Assembly: GCA_037379345.1 (NCBI GenBank)
Contig: CM074512.1
Span: 5,518,001 to 5,582,000 of the forward strand
Reading direction: 5' to 3'
DNA length: 64,000 nucleotides
Source of the DNA: Perna viridis
Taxonomy: Eukaryota
The notes beneath the pieces were generated by a model. That model was not told where the DNA came from, searched no databases, and worked only from the letters and a program-made list of their open reading frames with translations. A program made the translations under genes and the position numbers. This document shows, in pieces, positions 11,647 through 24,672 of this stretch. Each line of letters starts with the position of its first letter. The first letter of the stretch is position 1.

Positions 11647-11740
11647 ATTAAAAATGTTAATTATTGAGATTTCTTTTCATTCTTTCATTAGCTTTTCCCA
11701 CGCTTGGGATAAGCATGCACACAGGTCAACAGGAAATAAA
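11647..11740 (+). terminator. Candidate polyadenylation signals of Tis11
   Basis: ATTAAA 11647-11652 followed by a U-rich tract; AATAAA 11735-11740. Which one is used cannot be determined from sequence. Confidence 0.35.
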
Positions 11741-12918
11741 AATTACATTGTAATGGAGTTTGATAACGACCATTCATAATTGACATCAATTTTGCTACAT
11801 TGTAATACATAGGGTCACGTGTCCATGGTTTTCTTGCACCTGTTGGAAATTCACAAAGGTGAAGGTGAACTGAAAAAAAATGGCTCGATCTATTTGTGAT
11901 AAAGGTGTCAATGTTGATTTTCAAATAGAACATAATTTTACTGTCTAGTAACGTGAGTATCCACCTGAGTACATCAGTATAATACATAGTAGAAACAATT
12001 TAAACATCTTTCCATTTAATACCGAAGCGCAATTTAAAAAACACCGAAGTCCAAGTACATAAACGTGCGATTACCAGTGTAAAACAGATCCTGTTAACTG
12101 TGTGGTAAAGATCACCTTAATAGGTAAAAAATTATAGAAATCATTAAATTATTTTTTTTGAAATACATGAGATCCTGTGCAAATAATATCCCCGAACAGT
12201 GTTGATGTTTGGTACAACTACATGTAATTCCTTCTGCCTTCTCAAAATAACCACTGTGTTTTTCTTTCCCATGTAATATTTGGCGAGACGATGTGGAAAA
12301 CTGATACACTAAAGGTGCTAATCAAGGATAGTTACGGTTACATTTTAAGATGAGGCTTTTCACTAGTAACTGGTTTATTTTACATCTATACTAATGGTAT
12401 TACTGGTGGAATGTGTCGGGTCTGATAGCAGATCTCAAAATTAACGAACTGTGGTGGCATTGTTAACAATGCCCGAGTTGTCTGGAATGAAATATAAACA
12501 AACTGATATAAGATGGGACATTTAAACAAGATTCTTCGTACAAATATAACCTTATCAGAAACTCGTAATTTTCTGTACGAGTCTGTTGACTATTGACTTG
12601 CAGAAATTCAAATAGAATAGAACATGTTTTATTCCAACCAAAGGTCACATACGACATTTACATGCAATTATAATTATTAGACAGTTACAAATTTAATACA
12701 ACAGAAAAAAAGTATACTGGCATAGCCTTAAGGCTAAAAACCACTAATTCCACTTTCCATAGGCTTCTATGCTAATTTCACAATATTCAATGGCTTCTCT
12801 GGACTTTACCTTAACTTTAACCTGCAGAGGACTATATATCAGCATGATTCTACATATGTCAGCTCACAATCCTCAGAATGGCATGTGGGGTTAGCAGACT
12901 TGCAGTGCAGTACTGGTC

Positions 12919-12957
12919 ACCGGAAGTGAAGGGTCTATAAATAGCATGGGAAATCCC
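12919..12957. promoter_or_regulatory. Candidate enhancer: ETS, MEF2 and NF-kB consensus sites in 39 bp
   Basis: ACCGGAAGTG 12919-12928, CTATAAATAG 12935-12944, GGGAAATCCC 12948-12957. Confidence 0.5.
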
Positions 12958-13206
12958 AGTGTTTTCACAAGATAGGGGTATATTTAAAAATCATTATGGA
13001 GATTAGGCTTCACATCACAAGAAGCAAAATGCACCTATAAAATGTACAGAAATGTTTTTCCTTTCAGAAACTGTTTAAATTTTTTAAATAAGATGAAAAC
13101 TTTTTTCACAACACTATGAGAAACAGGGGTAATTTCTGCGTAGGACTATTTTTGCGTACGTTCCAAATGCTCATTGGTTGAATTGGTGGTCTGTAACCTA
13201 TAATAT

Positions 13207-14311
13207 TGGTACAGGGTAAATTACAATACATCATAAAAGCTTATAATGAAAAAGCAGGAAATTTCTTGATGTTGTATCTTCTATCGGTAATTGTCTTTTA
13301 GAGTTCAATGTTTCACTGTAGTTTTGTTTTATTTAACGACAATCAACCCTAATAAACGAAACTATTCAGTATTGGATTTCCTCAATTGAAACTTGGAAAA
13401 TCCAGGTCCTTTCACACTTGATATTATTGCATAAAGACTATGTGTCCCACGTACCAGGGAGCTCTATTAAAATATTCTTGATAAAAATATCTTCTTCACA
13501 AGTAGCACACAGCATGTACTCCAACATGCAAAGAACAAATTTTCATGAATTTCGGCATTTTGCTTATGAGAACACAATTGATCAAAAAAATAAATCCCTC
13601 AAATTTATGGGAGATGTGTTCTTCTGAAATTTGTTTACAGAAGTCAATGCAAGTCCTCTCAAACTTCTGAACAAAAATCACGAAATTGTGTATGTAGTTA
13701 AATTTATATTGTGCTTTTTGTTTTGAACTCCAAATTATTGCGGGAGTAAAGCCTCTTCCCGAAACGCTTACTGAAACGATGGTGTTTTTAAGGGACATCC
13801 TCCATCGTGCAGGTAAAAATGGCCATATTGTTTTCTGAAATTTCCAACCTTACGCCGATTCCTGCACTGTGAGCGTGCTCATTAAGTTTACTAATTATTT
13901 TTGATAACTCACCCATTCGCAAATGATTCCGACTGCAATCGACCTTGAAAAAAATAAATCTTTAAGAGTGCGTCCATACAAAAACCCAGGCAGTTGGTTG
14001 CACACGACAAATTTTGTTTCAATTTTTTATCCATTTCATATCACAAACGCAACCTTTCTCAAAGTTGAATGTTGGTTTTTGATCAACTGCAACGTCTAGA
14101 GAGAAATAAGTGCATAGAGAGCATTGAAATCAATCGATAAAGGGTTATAACTCATATTTGTGCAAAATTTGGTTGCTTTGTTGGAAATTTTAAAATCATT
14201 TTCCGAGACATCCATTGTCGCTATAAAAACTTGTACTATTTGACATACACATGATATGAACATTACATTAGAACAAAAAAAAATCAGTGGGATAAAATTT
14301 ACCCTGTGCCA
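13207..14311. mobile_element. Non-autonomous DNA transposon, ~1.1 kb
   Basis: 16-nt terminal inverted repeat TGG(T/C)ACAGGGTAAATT at 13207-13222 and 14296-14311 (15/16 match); no transposase ORF. Confidence 0.55.
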
Positions 14312-14371
14312 CAGGATCTGCCATGAAATTTTACATTGACAGCCTCTTAATTAATCGAATTATCGTGGTCC

Positions 14372-15005
14372 CTTGCTTATGCCTTTGGTACCGATGAGGT
14401 GCATAGGCCACCAACAATACTCCTCCATCTAGTTCTATTTTGTGCCAGTCTGACTATGTCTTGCCACTTGCAACCCTCTGCTTCCAGTTCATCTTGTAGA
14501 TTTCTTCTCCCTGTGTTTCTGGGCCTTCCAACTTTTTTCCCGTGAGGGTTCCATTGCAACGCTTAAGCAGTTGTTAATAAAGACTTTTAACTTATTTATT
14601 AGGTATTTTGTTGTTTTCCAAGTCTCTCAGCCATATAATAGGACGGTCTAAATATTAGAGTTGAACAATCTGATTTTGGTATTTAATGTGATGTTGCCTG
14701 CTCTCCAAATGGTTGTCATCATTCTAAATGCAGTTCTTGCTTTTCATATTCTATTTTTGATGTCCTTGACCGTCCATGACACTGCCAAGGTTTGTGAAGG
14801 AGTCAACTTCTTCAAGATGCGTTGCTTTTACTTTGAGACTGGTACGGCTGTTTGTATTTACCTAAAGCACTTTGATCTTTCTTGTGCTGATGATAAAGCC
14901 AGTCTCAGCAGCTCTTTCTTCTAAGTGAGAAAGTTTATTGACCATCTGTTGGTGGCTGTGTAATAGAAGAGCGATGTCATCGAAAAAAAGTCATCCAGTT
15001 GTTGC
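14372..15005 (-). mobile_element. Decayed 3' fragment of an RTE-clade non-LTR retrotransposon (RT C-terminal half)
   Basis: Minus-strand peptides in the expected order, broken by stops and frameshifts: DDIALL, EEVDSFTNLGSV, DIKNRI*KARTAF, TKIRLFNSNI, VLLYG*ETW, WNPHGKKVGRPRNT...LAQNRTRWRSIVGGLC. Short TAAG-like tail. Confidence 0.88.
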
Positions 15006-15770
15006 ATTTGTGTCCATTATATGCCATTTCTTGGTTCCTACAAGCGAGAAATTCCCAAATAGGAACGTCTATAAACTGCTGGATCCCTTTGGAAATGAAT
15101 TTGTTCTTAATTTTGATACGATGGCAAAATAATGGTATGGCACCGTCGACGACTCGCGTCATTGTTTTTCGTGCGATGACTTATCTAGTTGGTTTGTACT
15201 GATTTTTGGGGATTATGGTTACAACCGTTTTGGAATTAAGGGTCAAAAGGGGCCAAAATCAAGCATTTCATAAAATTTAACTTTGTAACTCAAATAAAAG
15301 TGTATTGATCTATATGATATTGTGCTGTGTTCTACACAATAAATTTCATACTTTTAGGGGTTAAAACATGAACCACGTAAGAATTAGGGGCTTGAAAAGA
15401 GTCCCTTTTGAGTTAAAAAGAAGTTTGGATCTCTATGAATTTGCACCATAGCTTTCTATTTTACTAAAGGAAGGTTGTGACTGAATTATTTGGGGGGTAT
15501 AGCGTGTGAGTCGACAGGGAAAAACAAGAGGCAGAAAAAAAAGCTTTTATGAAACCTTACTTCTATATAATTAGGATAAAAGAATTCAAAGCTCTATAAC
15601 ACTGTATTGCTAGTTTCCATACCACAAAAATAAAACAAAAACAAAAAAACAAAAGAAACAGGTTTTGCTGGATTTAATATTACTTTTAAGAAATTAATGT
15701 CGCGGTGATCCTATCAAGCTATGCCCTGTGAAGCATTTTTAAAACTGTGTTCGACTATTATCAGTTTATC

Positions 15771-16010
15771 CAGTTGAACTGCTGAACCCATCATGAATAA
15801 ACCATTTTATTAGCAAATTATTTTATTTCCGAGTTATTTTAAAAGATAGTTAATTCAAAACTATACAAAAAATATTTTTAAGTCTGAATATATGACGTGT
15901 TCTGTTTATACTTATCAGGACGATCATGATCATTTCAGACATCACTCGGGAATAAAATGGTTGATGCCCATAACTAAAATGGTTATTCATGACGTCCCAC
16001 TGTTCAACTG
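15771..16010. repeat. Degenerate nested inverted repeat (old foldback/MITE)
   Basis: cagttgaac...catgaataaaccatttt (15771-15808) pairs with aaaatggttattcatga...gttcaactg (15976-16010). Inner pairs: tttatttccgagt / actcgggaataaa and gtctgaa / ttcagac. Confidence 0.55.
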
Positions 16011-18618
16011 TCCTGAGAGCCGACATTTTATTTCGGATCCAACCTATTTTGATATAAATGTATTCAAACCTACGGTGATGTGTATTGGCCATATTAATCC
16101 ATCATTTCGTGATATAGGAAATGTCATGAACCAATACACAAGTATACGACACGGTGACGTAAGCTGTCAGTCGTTCGTCACCATATGAGCGTTAGAAGGC
16201 CATGTATTGTCGTCTCTCTTCTACCTATTTGTTAGTGCAAATAAATAACATGTATGTCAGTTACTGCATACTGTCCTGTGTTGACCTTTGCTAGGTTCCT
16301 TGTCCAAAGGTCAGTTTTCTAATACTTCAAAATTATGACAGATCGAAACCAACCTAACAACCGTTGACTATTAGTTATGAAACTAGGTCTGACAGCGGGA
16401 CCCCTCTTTTTGAAAACTTTGTTGATTTCGAGCAAAATTTTGGCAAAGAGCCTTGAACACCCTTTTTAAATCTCTGGATCTGCCCATGAATTCGTAGTGT
16501 AAAGCTGTCCCTCAAGTATTTATATATTTTTGCTGCTGTTGCATACTGTATGATGAGGAGCTGGTCTTGTAATAATCAAAGTTTCCTTGAAAGATCTTTT
16601 CTCTAAACCGCTTAAAAGAACAATTCAATTTATGGAATTGAAATACCAGTTTCATGTATTTATCAATGGATTTTGTCTGTCCACACAAACGTATTGTTAG
16701 GCCTCAGGATGCCATAAAATATGTCAACAAACACAACATCTTAAAATATTGTTTACACGTTTGTGAACGTAAAACAAAGAAATATGTAAATGAAATGACA
16801 TCTTTATCAATAGATTGTGACCTGACTGTTAAAGTTTGAACTATTGAACAAGACCTTTTTAACTCTAACGTGACTGAAATTAAGTGGTTGCTGTTAATTC
16901 TCTCGATTGTTCATTTTATACCAGATTTATTAGCTTATTTCCTTTGTATGTGACCTGATCTCAAAGACTCCTCACAATGAAAAAAAAACTGAGGAATAAA
17001 GAGTTTATCCCGACCTATTACGTCATGTAGTAATCATGGCTAACTAGGAGGTGCGTCGTGCTAATTAAGTGTTATGACATGACAAGTACCGCTGACGTCT
17101 CGGAAGAAAACTGTGAAATAACATTCTTTTCAAATCATTAACAATTCCTTTCCATGAAAAGAAGACATTCGATATGTTACGTAACGAATTACCTTTAATA
17201 GTTAAATGACCGACGGGAAAACGATCGAACGACGCAACAAAGAACAGCGCATCTTGCAAAAAAAATGAAAAGTTTCAGCCTGACCAGAGAAAATTGTTAA
17301 TAATTGGACACAAACTATACTTTAACATATACATTAAGCTAGAAGGCAAATATGTTTACAAATATACAGCTTATCTTTAGTTAAATTGACCTTGTATACC
17401 TATGTGTCTCTTACAGGTACATTATCTCTTAACTTCAGGTGGTTTCGCTGATTTAGCAGAAAGTAAATGGCCGATGGCTACGTTGAATTTTGTACTCCAC
17501 ACTCTACTTACAATGTGAACTACCATGGAATTTTACATTAATGAGAAATTGGTAAGCCGACGTGACCAGGCATAGTGGATAACACAACGCGTAGCGATAT
17601 TCTACCTAAATTAAGATTGACTGCTATCCTATCTGATACTACATTTAGAATTTTAATGCGACCCCATCACGCTAGCTTGAATTACATCCATGCGTTTGTC
17701 TAAACACAGAGGCCGTATTGTTAGCCCGACGCAGGTGTCAATAAGGATTTTATGCATTAGTATCTTTGTGTATTGGAAATGTCCTATCTTATATGGAGCA
17801 ACGTTGTCTATATCGGTATGTGGTATTGGCTTACACTGAAGTTCTTTACTTTGACTAGTGGAATATACACGAACGACCAGTTGTTTGAATTACCGAACTA
17901 ATATCACAAACCACAGTGAAACCTTGCTAACTTAGTCCACTTCTAAAGAAGAAAATAACTTTATTTGAAAGTATACGGGTTTATGCGATAGGAAAACATA
18001 CTTCAAAGCCATGTATTGTTTACGAAAACACAACCTTAGACCCCAGTGTTCCGCCTGTAAAACTTGGAGATTCTCCAGCTGATCGGAAAATACATTAATT
18101 CACTTTTTAAGTGTAGCCTCATTGAAAATCTAAATACAAATACGTACATACGAGTTGTTGAATTTGATAGATGTTCGTTAATGAGGCGTATAGTACGACC
18201 ACTATCTGCTAAATAAAAGACTGCTCTTTCTTGCACCCATTGAACCATTCATTCTAGACTTCGGTGTTCGTTTAGATAAAAAAAAATTAAGTCTTATTGT
18301 AAACACAATACTGGCAATAAAATTGGTTCATTTCATTCTTAATTAAGACACAACCAGTGTTAATCCACAGAAAAAAAAAAACGTCCAAATGTTTACTCAC
18401 ACCGACTACTCGTCTCACAATATATCAAGTTTTGCAAACTCACAATCGTTTTTTGTTTGTTTGCTTGTACAAAGGTTAATGAAGGCTTTTCTCAAAATAA
18501 CAATAACTTCATATATAAACATTATAGTTCACGAGATTAACCATAACACCTGACATCCCTCAAGCAAGGAACGAATATTTCAATGAGAGTCGAGGCTGTA
18601 TTCAGGCATCACGTTATT

Positions 18619-18724
18619 GATGAAGCTCCCTACTAACGTGGACGAAGCTCCCTACCAACGTGGATGAAACCCCCTACTAACGTGGACGAAACCCCCTACT
18701 AACGTGGACGAAGCCCCCTACTAA
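18619..18724 (+). repeat. 22 bp minisatellite, ~5 units (gaagctccctactaacgtggac)
   Basis: Directly visible. Confidence 0.85.
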
Positions 18725-19700
18725 AATTATGCACGACATGAGTTTCTATTTCGATTCAGTTTTCTGTTGTTTCCAACATTATACTTGACTTGTAGTGGCA
18801 AATCTTTGCCAGTAAATACGCCCACGGCAGTCGTGGTTTCGGGTACACAGTGTAAACCGTAAACTTACTATTGTTAATTAAATAAGCAGATAATTCGTAT
18901 GATTACAGGGCGTGAAGTGTCTCTAAGTGCGTCCTTTTGTTTGGATATTAATAAATAGTATCAAGAGGCAGTCATGATTCAACGATCAGATTTTACAACT
19001 TGACAATGCTGTTCCTATGCATTGTATGTTAAAAACAAACCAATTACTTAAGTCAGGCTATTCTAGATAATTATGGACCCAGAACATCAACACTGTACCC
19101 TGACCTTGGTTTATGAATGTCTAGGAGAGTGGGATGACACCAGTCCCCTGTAATCCACTCGTTATTACTCTGTCTTTACAAGGGCATGATGCATGAATGG
19201 AACCGAGTAAATAGCTACTCACTTCCAAAATCACTTGGATTACACAAAACGTGAATTATCAGACATATAAATGTCAAATATTACAAAATCCCGTATTAAT
19301 TCTCGTGTAATTACAATGCTAATGAGGTACTTTTTCTATCAGCTGGTAACTATATTAGTCTTTTACAAAATTGAAATCACAATGAAAAATGGAACAGTCG
19401 CACAGTTTTTTTGTTTTGTTTTTTTTTTTTAGTTACGATTAGCGAAAATCTCATCCCAGTAAGTGGCATCGAGGTTCATTGCCCACTTCTAGAGAGATAA
19501 TAGACACATACTCAATGTGGGTTATACCTTATATTTTTTGTCGGAAATGTTTTAATAACAACTAATAATCTTATAGCACCTATATCATGTATCATATAAC
19601 TCTTTGATGGTTTTAAACGTCTATACCTACTATTAACCAATATTAAGTGCTAAGACCACAAAATTACAAGTCTGAAGACAATAACATAGTTATGTTGTTA

Positions 19701-19875
19701 AAGAGTAATCAAGGGAACCAAGGTTATAGCGGTGATCAAAAGAATGTAATCCAGGGACAAAGACCAGACATGGAAAACAGACATTCACAACAAAGAACAT
19801 AACGTAACTAAAATCATACATACAAAGTAACAAAAGTCGATGAGCAACTCGGACTCCACTAAAAACTGGGAGCAT
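19701..19875 (-). mobile_element. 3' tail fragment of the Penelope-like retroelement family
   Basis: Near-identical reverse complement of 33314-33488. Confidence 0.85.
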
Positions 19876-19943
19876 AATAAAACATTTCTGTAATGTTAAG
19901 TCAAACCACTGGACGAAACGTGAATTAAAAGTTACATCAAACT

Positions 19944-20085
19944 TCGGTGTTACTTCCAGGACAGTGGTTCGGTGTGACTTCCAGAACAATGGTTCGGTGT
20001 GACTTCCAGGACAGTGGTTCGGTGTGGCTTCCGAGACAATGGTTCGGTGTGACTTCCAGGAGAGTGGTTCGGCGTGACGTCAAGG
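19944..20085 (+). repeat. 25 bp minisatellite, ~5.5 units (gtgacttccaggacagtggttcggt)
   Basis: Directly visible. Confidence 0.85.
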
Positions 20086-21914
20086 AAAAGGGTGCCTAGT
20101 TTTTTTTTTCAATTCCAATCGTAAAAAGATGAGTTAGTAAATAACGAGAGAGCGCTGTGACAGAGTTACACCTTGAAAAAAAAAACTACCCAAACAAGGG
20201 AGTTCTTCGACAGAGTTACAAGTTTAAAAAGAGCGTGCTAAGACAGTGTCAAATTAAACGTTATAAAAATTCTTTATATGGGACCATATCTCGTATAACT
20301 AGACAAATTACACAAGAAGTAAACTCGCTTTTGATTCTCGGCGACATTTATAAGTATGAAGATAATGTGTTATATCAGTGTATTACCATCAGCTGACATT
20401 ATTCATTTATTAACACCCAGTTCTTTTTCTACCCTTTAATGTACTTTATAACGAATCTTAAGGTGTGAAGAACTAATGCGTTTCTTCATACATAAATTCA
20501 GGGTAGCTATTTGGCCGATAGCGGTCCGATAACACCCCTATCTAGATTAAAAAAACAACCAATAATTATATTGCCATTTTCACGTGTAACTTCAAAGGGT
20601 GCTATCTTCAGGTAGATCTTAACGACAAACATATTAGTAATAATTCCGAAACAACTAGCAATAATTCTGGATAAATCATCGGTTACAATGCTACATATCT
20701 ATTACCTAATTACAGATAAAGAAGTTAAGTACAAATGACATTAAAATGTTTTTTCTTTGAAGTAAAAGATGTTTGTCAATACCCCTTTCCGTCTAAATTT
20801 GCTTAGAATGTCACAGTACAAAATCCACCGCATCTTTTCCTGCACGATAGAAAAGAGGAGATAATTTCTTTGGTAGACATTGAACAGACAATTTTCTTAG
20901 AATTCCAGATACATTTACACAACACCTTATTTTTATGCAGTTAAAATTCTTTAGACGATGTAATCATAAAAAAAAAACAAATGATCACGTGGGAACTACG
21001 AGATGTACACTATTGGCGACATCTTTATTCTGTCTGTCGTAACGCACTACGACTTCATACCAAACGCGTTAAGTCATTAGTAGGATTCTACAGGGAAGAA
21101 CAATCTTTTATATTCAATGACACGGCAAAAAACTACAACAAAAGCTTCTTAACTTGGTCGGGAAGCCATGGGGTGGCTGAATATCTAGGTGGATAGGCAA
21201 AGTTCGTTTAAGTTACTAACTTTTCACTTAATTGGTCTTCCTCATTGAATGACCGTTTAATCTTTGCCTAAAAGAAGAATAATTTCCTCTACATGTGGTC
21301 ACTTTAACGACACTGGTTACTGTTGGTTATAACGATCTGATGTTGAGTTTCTGTACATGTTGATTTCATTTCGGGAACATCTTTGTAGAAATTTTAATTA
21401 ATTAGTTTCCAAAGTATCTACTTATAATATGTCAAATCCTTTGATACAAGAGTATAATTATCACCATTTATACCTGTTGAAATGAAAACCAATAACTTGT
21501 TGAGATTTACTTGCGAAGGACAGAGATTCTGTTTGATTGATCTATACTAAACAATTTAATTTTAATGTTAATGTACTTAAAATTAAAATGAATTATGCAT
21601 ATAATGTTTACTATTTTAATATACTGTGAAATGTGAAATGTGTATTTTGTTGGTAATTCTTTGCTGCATTCAAATACAAACAGTTTTTGTTATGGATTAT
21701 TTGAATCGCGGATATTGCATGACGTCATAATACCATGCAAGCTAGGTTTTACAAAATACCTTGAGAACAAGCCAGTAAGAGAGGTTGTTACATATCAAAT
21801 TAAATTATAAATAAATAAAGCATGAACATCGAGAATATCTCACATAAGTACCGTAACATAGTGTACAGCGTGGGTGATCACATCCTTCGATTATGCGCTC
21901 TATAATATCACAAA

Positions 21915-22175
21915 TTGTTTATTCATTCACGCACATATGTACATGGTTACTCGGCTTCTCACACATTAACATATGTCCATGGTTACTCATACACTTACAC
22001 TTGTCCACAGTTACTCACACATTTACATACGTCCATGGTTATTCACATTTACACCTGCCCAAGGTATCTCACACATTTCCAAATGTCCATGGTTACACAT
22101 ATACATATATACATGATTATTCATACATTCACGTACGTCCATTGTTTCTTGTACATTTCATATGTTCATGGTCAA
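21915..22175 (+). repeat. Degenerate ~28 bp minisatellite (ccatggttactcacacatt-acatatgt)
   Basis: Recurrent catggtta motif; explains the repetitive TYVHGYS ORF. Confidence 0.7.
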
Positions 22176-22802
22176 TGGATATGACTGACGAAAACGTCTA
22201 CTTTGGTCAGCGGGACATATAAACCAACAAACAACAATACCATTAGACAACCAAAGAAACAAACAGTACTATTTGATCCGAGTATAATGTGTAGTTTTTG
22301 GTAGTAAATTATTCTTATTTATTATTTATAGTTTTGGCCTATTATTTGTGATTAGTTTAACTTCGACAACATTTTATTTCATTTCCATTCTCGCCACTAA
22401 ATCATATCCTAAATGAACCCTAGTATTGTTATACCCGAGTGATCTTCTGGGTTTTAAGTGGAACACACCTTGTTACCTAATTGTTATCTGATAAAGCATA
22501 ACAATTATAATGTAAAATGTCATAAATACAGGGTGGTTAGGTACTGTCAAACACAGTGTAGTTAATGCAATTAGAAGGGTGCAAAATTATCAATGTAACC
22601 AAACACAAACTATACATGCATTATGACCAAGGACTAATGCCACATCATAATGTTATCTGGCGAGTTTTTCAAGTGTTTTAAGTCCTGGTTATGCCTTAAG
22701 TAAGCACATATTTGATGAAAACGTAATACATAAGACAAATTTGGTCAATTTGTTTTAATTCCTAGTTTGAAGAACCTCTTTTTAGACTTTCACACACAGC
22801 GT

Positions 22803-23030
22803 AAGGGGGGGGGGCATTTAATTCTGAGGGGACTGGCAGTTCAGATATAAGTATTCTGGCCCTGAAAAAGTTGAAAACAAATATTCTGACATACACCACC
22901 TAGACAATAAATAATTTTTCTGACCTCAGTCCAGATACTTCATACGATGAATCGAAAAAAAAATATCTTCTGACCCACAAAGTTTCAAATACAAATATTC
23001 TGACCCCACAAAATTTGCTAGCCGGTCTTC
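22803..23030 (+). mobile_element. MITE-like element related to 5120-5452
   Basis: Shared internal blocks (ctgacctcagtccagata, attctgacc, aatttgc-agcc). Confidence 0.55.
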
Positions 23031-23552
23031 CCGTAACAGTGAATATATCTTTCTCTACCATTATTTTATATGTTAAACTATTAACATCTATTTTATATTA
23101 TCTTGTCCGTTTCTCGTATTTGCAAACAAACAACAAGAAAGGTATTTCGAAATCCCATTACAACATAATGATCTAATTTTAGTACGAAGCCATTCATCTT
23201 TTCTCGACAAATATCTAAAAATAAATTATGACAGCCCCCTAAAACTACCGTGATTCATTGTAACCGGGTGACACCTGTTGTGAACATTTAAATCCACTAA
23301 AATTATTCACTTGAATCCAATTTAAATGTATTACTATCATTTGCATGATAGAGGAGTCTTGGTTTATAATTGTGACAGACCAAGGATAATGTCTGAGTGA
23401 AGAGTTGTTCAACACAATTTTCATTTTGCAGGCGAAAGATTCTGATTTTGTTCAGTATAAATGTAGTACTGTATAAGTAACATTTATAATAACAGAATAA
23501 AACGTAACCTATAAACGCACGCACGTGAACGCCTGTACTCGTGTTGTTAAGT

Positions 23553-23758
23553 GTATATACTGAATATTACATGTTCATTATATCCTATATTTTAACCATA
23601 CTTCAAGTATGGTCTGTGAAGTGATATACGGTATGCAATATAGGTCTAGGGGAGTGACATAGGGTGTGCGATATAGGTCTAGAGGTGTGATATAGGGTAT
23701 GCGACATAGGGTAGACGATATAGGGTTCAAACAAACACTTATAATGCATATAAAAAAG
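23553..23758 (+). mobile_element. Element carrying an internal 33 bp array (about 3 units); paralogues at 55480-56180 and 62002-62160
   Basis: gtgatatagggtatgcga units plus shared flanks (tatac-gaa-attacatgt and acac-tataatgcat-ta-a-aaaaa). Confidence 0.7.
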
Positions 23759-23839
23759 TTAAATATCAATCTAAATATATCATATATCTGTATATACACG
23801 TTATATTGAATACTATTATAATCTGTGTCCATGAATATA

Positions 23840-24672
23840 AACATGAATGTACTCAGAGACTGGTGTAATAATGGATAGACATGGGCATGAGGGTATTCAG
23901 AGACTGGTGTAATAATGCTTAGGCATAGACATGAGGGTATTCAGAGACTGGTGTAATAATGGTTAGGCATAGGCATGAGGGTATTCAGAGACTAGGGTAA
24001 TAATGGATAGACATGGGCATGAGGGTATTCAGAGACTAGGGTAATAATGGATAGACATGGGCATGAGGGTATTCAGAGACTAGGGTAATAATGGATAGAC
24101 ATGGGCATGAGGGTATTCAGAGACTAGGGTAATAATGGATAGACATGGGCATGAGGGTATTCAGAGACTAGGGTAATAATGGATAGACATGGGCATGAGG
24201 GTATTCAGAAACTTGTGTAATAATGGAGAGTATTCAAGAGAACCAAGGTTATAGCGGTAATCAAAAGAATGAAATCCAGGGACAAAGACCAGGCATGGAA
24301 AACCGACATACACAACAAAGAACACAAAGTAAGACATGGGCATGAGGGTATTCAAAGGCTGGTATAATAATGGATAGATATGGGCATGAGGGTATTTAGA
24401 GATGTGTAATAATGGACATGAAGGTATTCAGAGACTTGTGTAATAATGAACAGAAATGGACATGAAGGTTTTCGAAGACTTGTGTAATAATGGGTAGAAA
24501 TTGACATGAAGGTATTCAGAGACTTGTGTAATAATGGACAGAAATGGACATGAGGGTATTCAGAGGCTGGTGTAATAATGGATAGACATGAGCATGAGGG
24601 TATTTAGAGATGTGTAATAATGGATAGAATGGAAATGAGGGTATCCAGAGGCTGGTGTAATAATGGACAGAC
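23840..24672 (+). repeat. 44 bp minisatellite, ~16 units (tcagagactagggtaataatggatagacatgggcatgagggtat), interrupted by a retroelement tail
   Basis: 44 bp period between 24117 and 24161; homogeneous core, degenerate edges. Confidence 0.9.
24228..24331 (-). mobile_element. Penelope-like 3' tail fragment inserted in the 44 bp array
   Basis: Matches 19703-19806; splits a unit between taataatgga and agacatggg. Confidence 0.85.

Noticed and set aside
23840-24672. CRISPR-like regularity here and in other arrays
   Set aside because: Units are head-to-tail with no unique spacers, there are no cas genes, and the context is eukaryotic.
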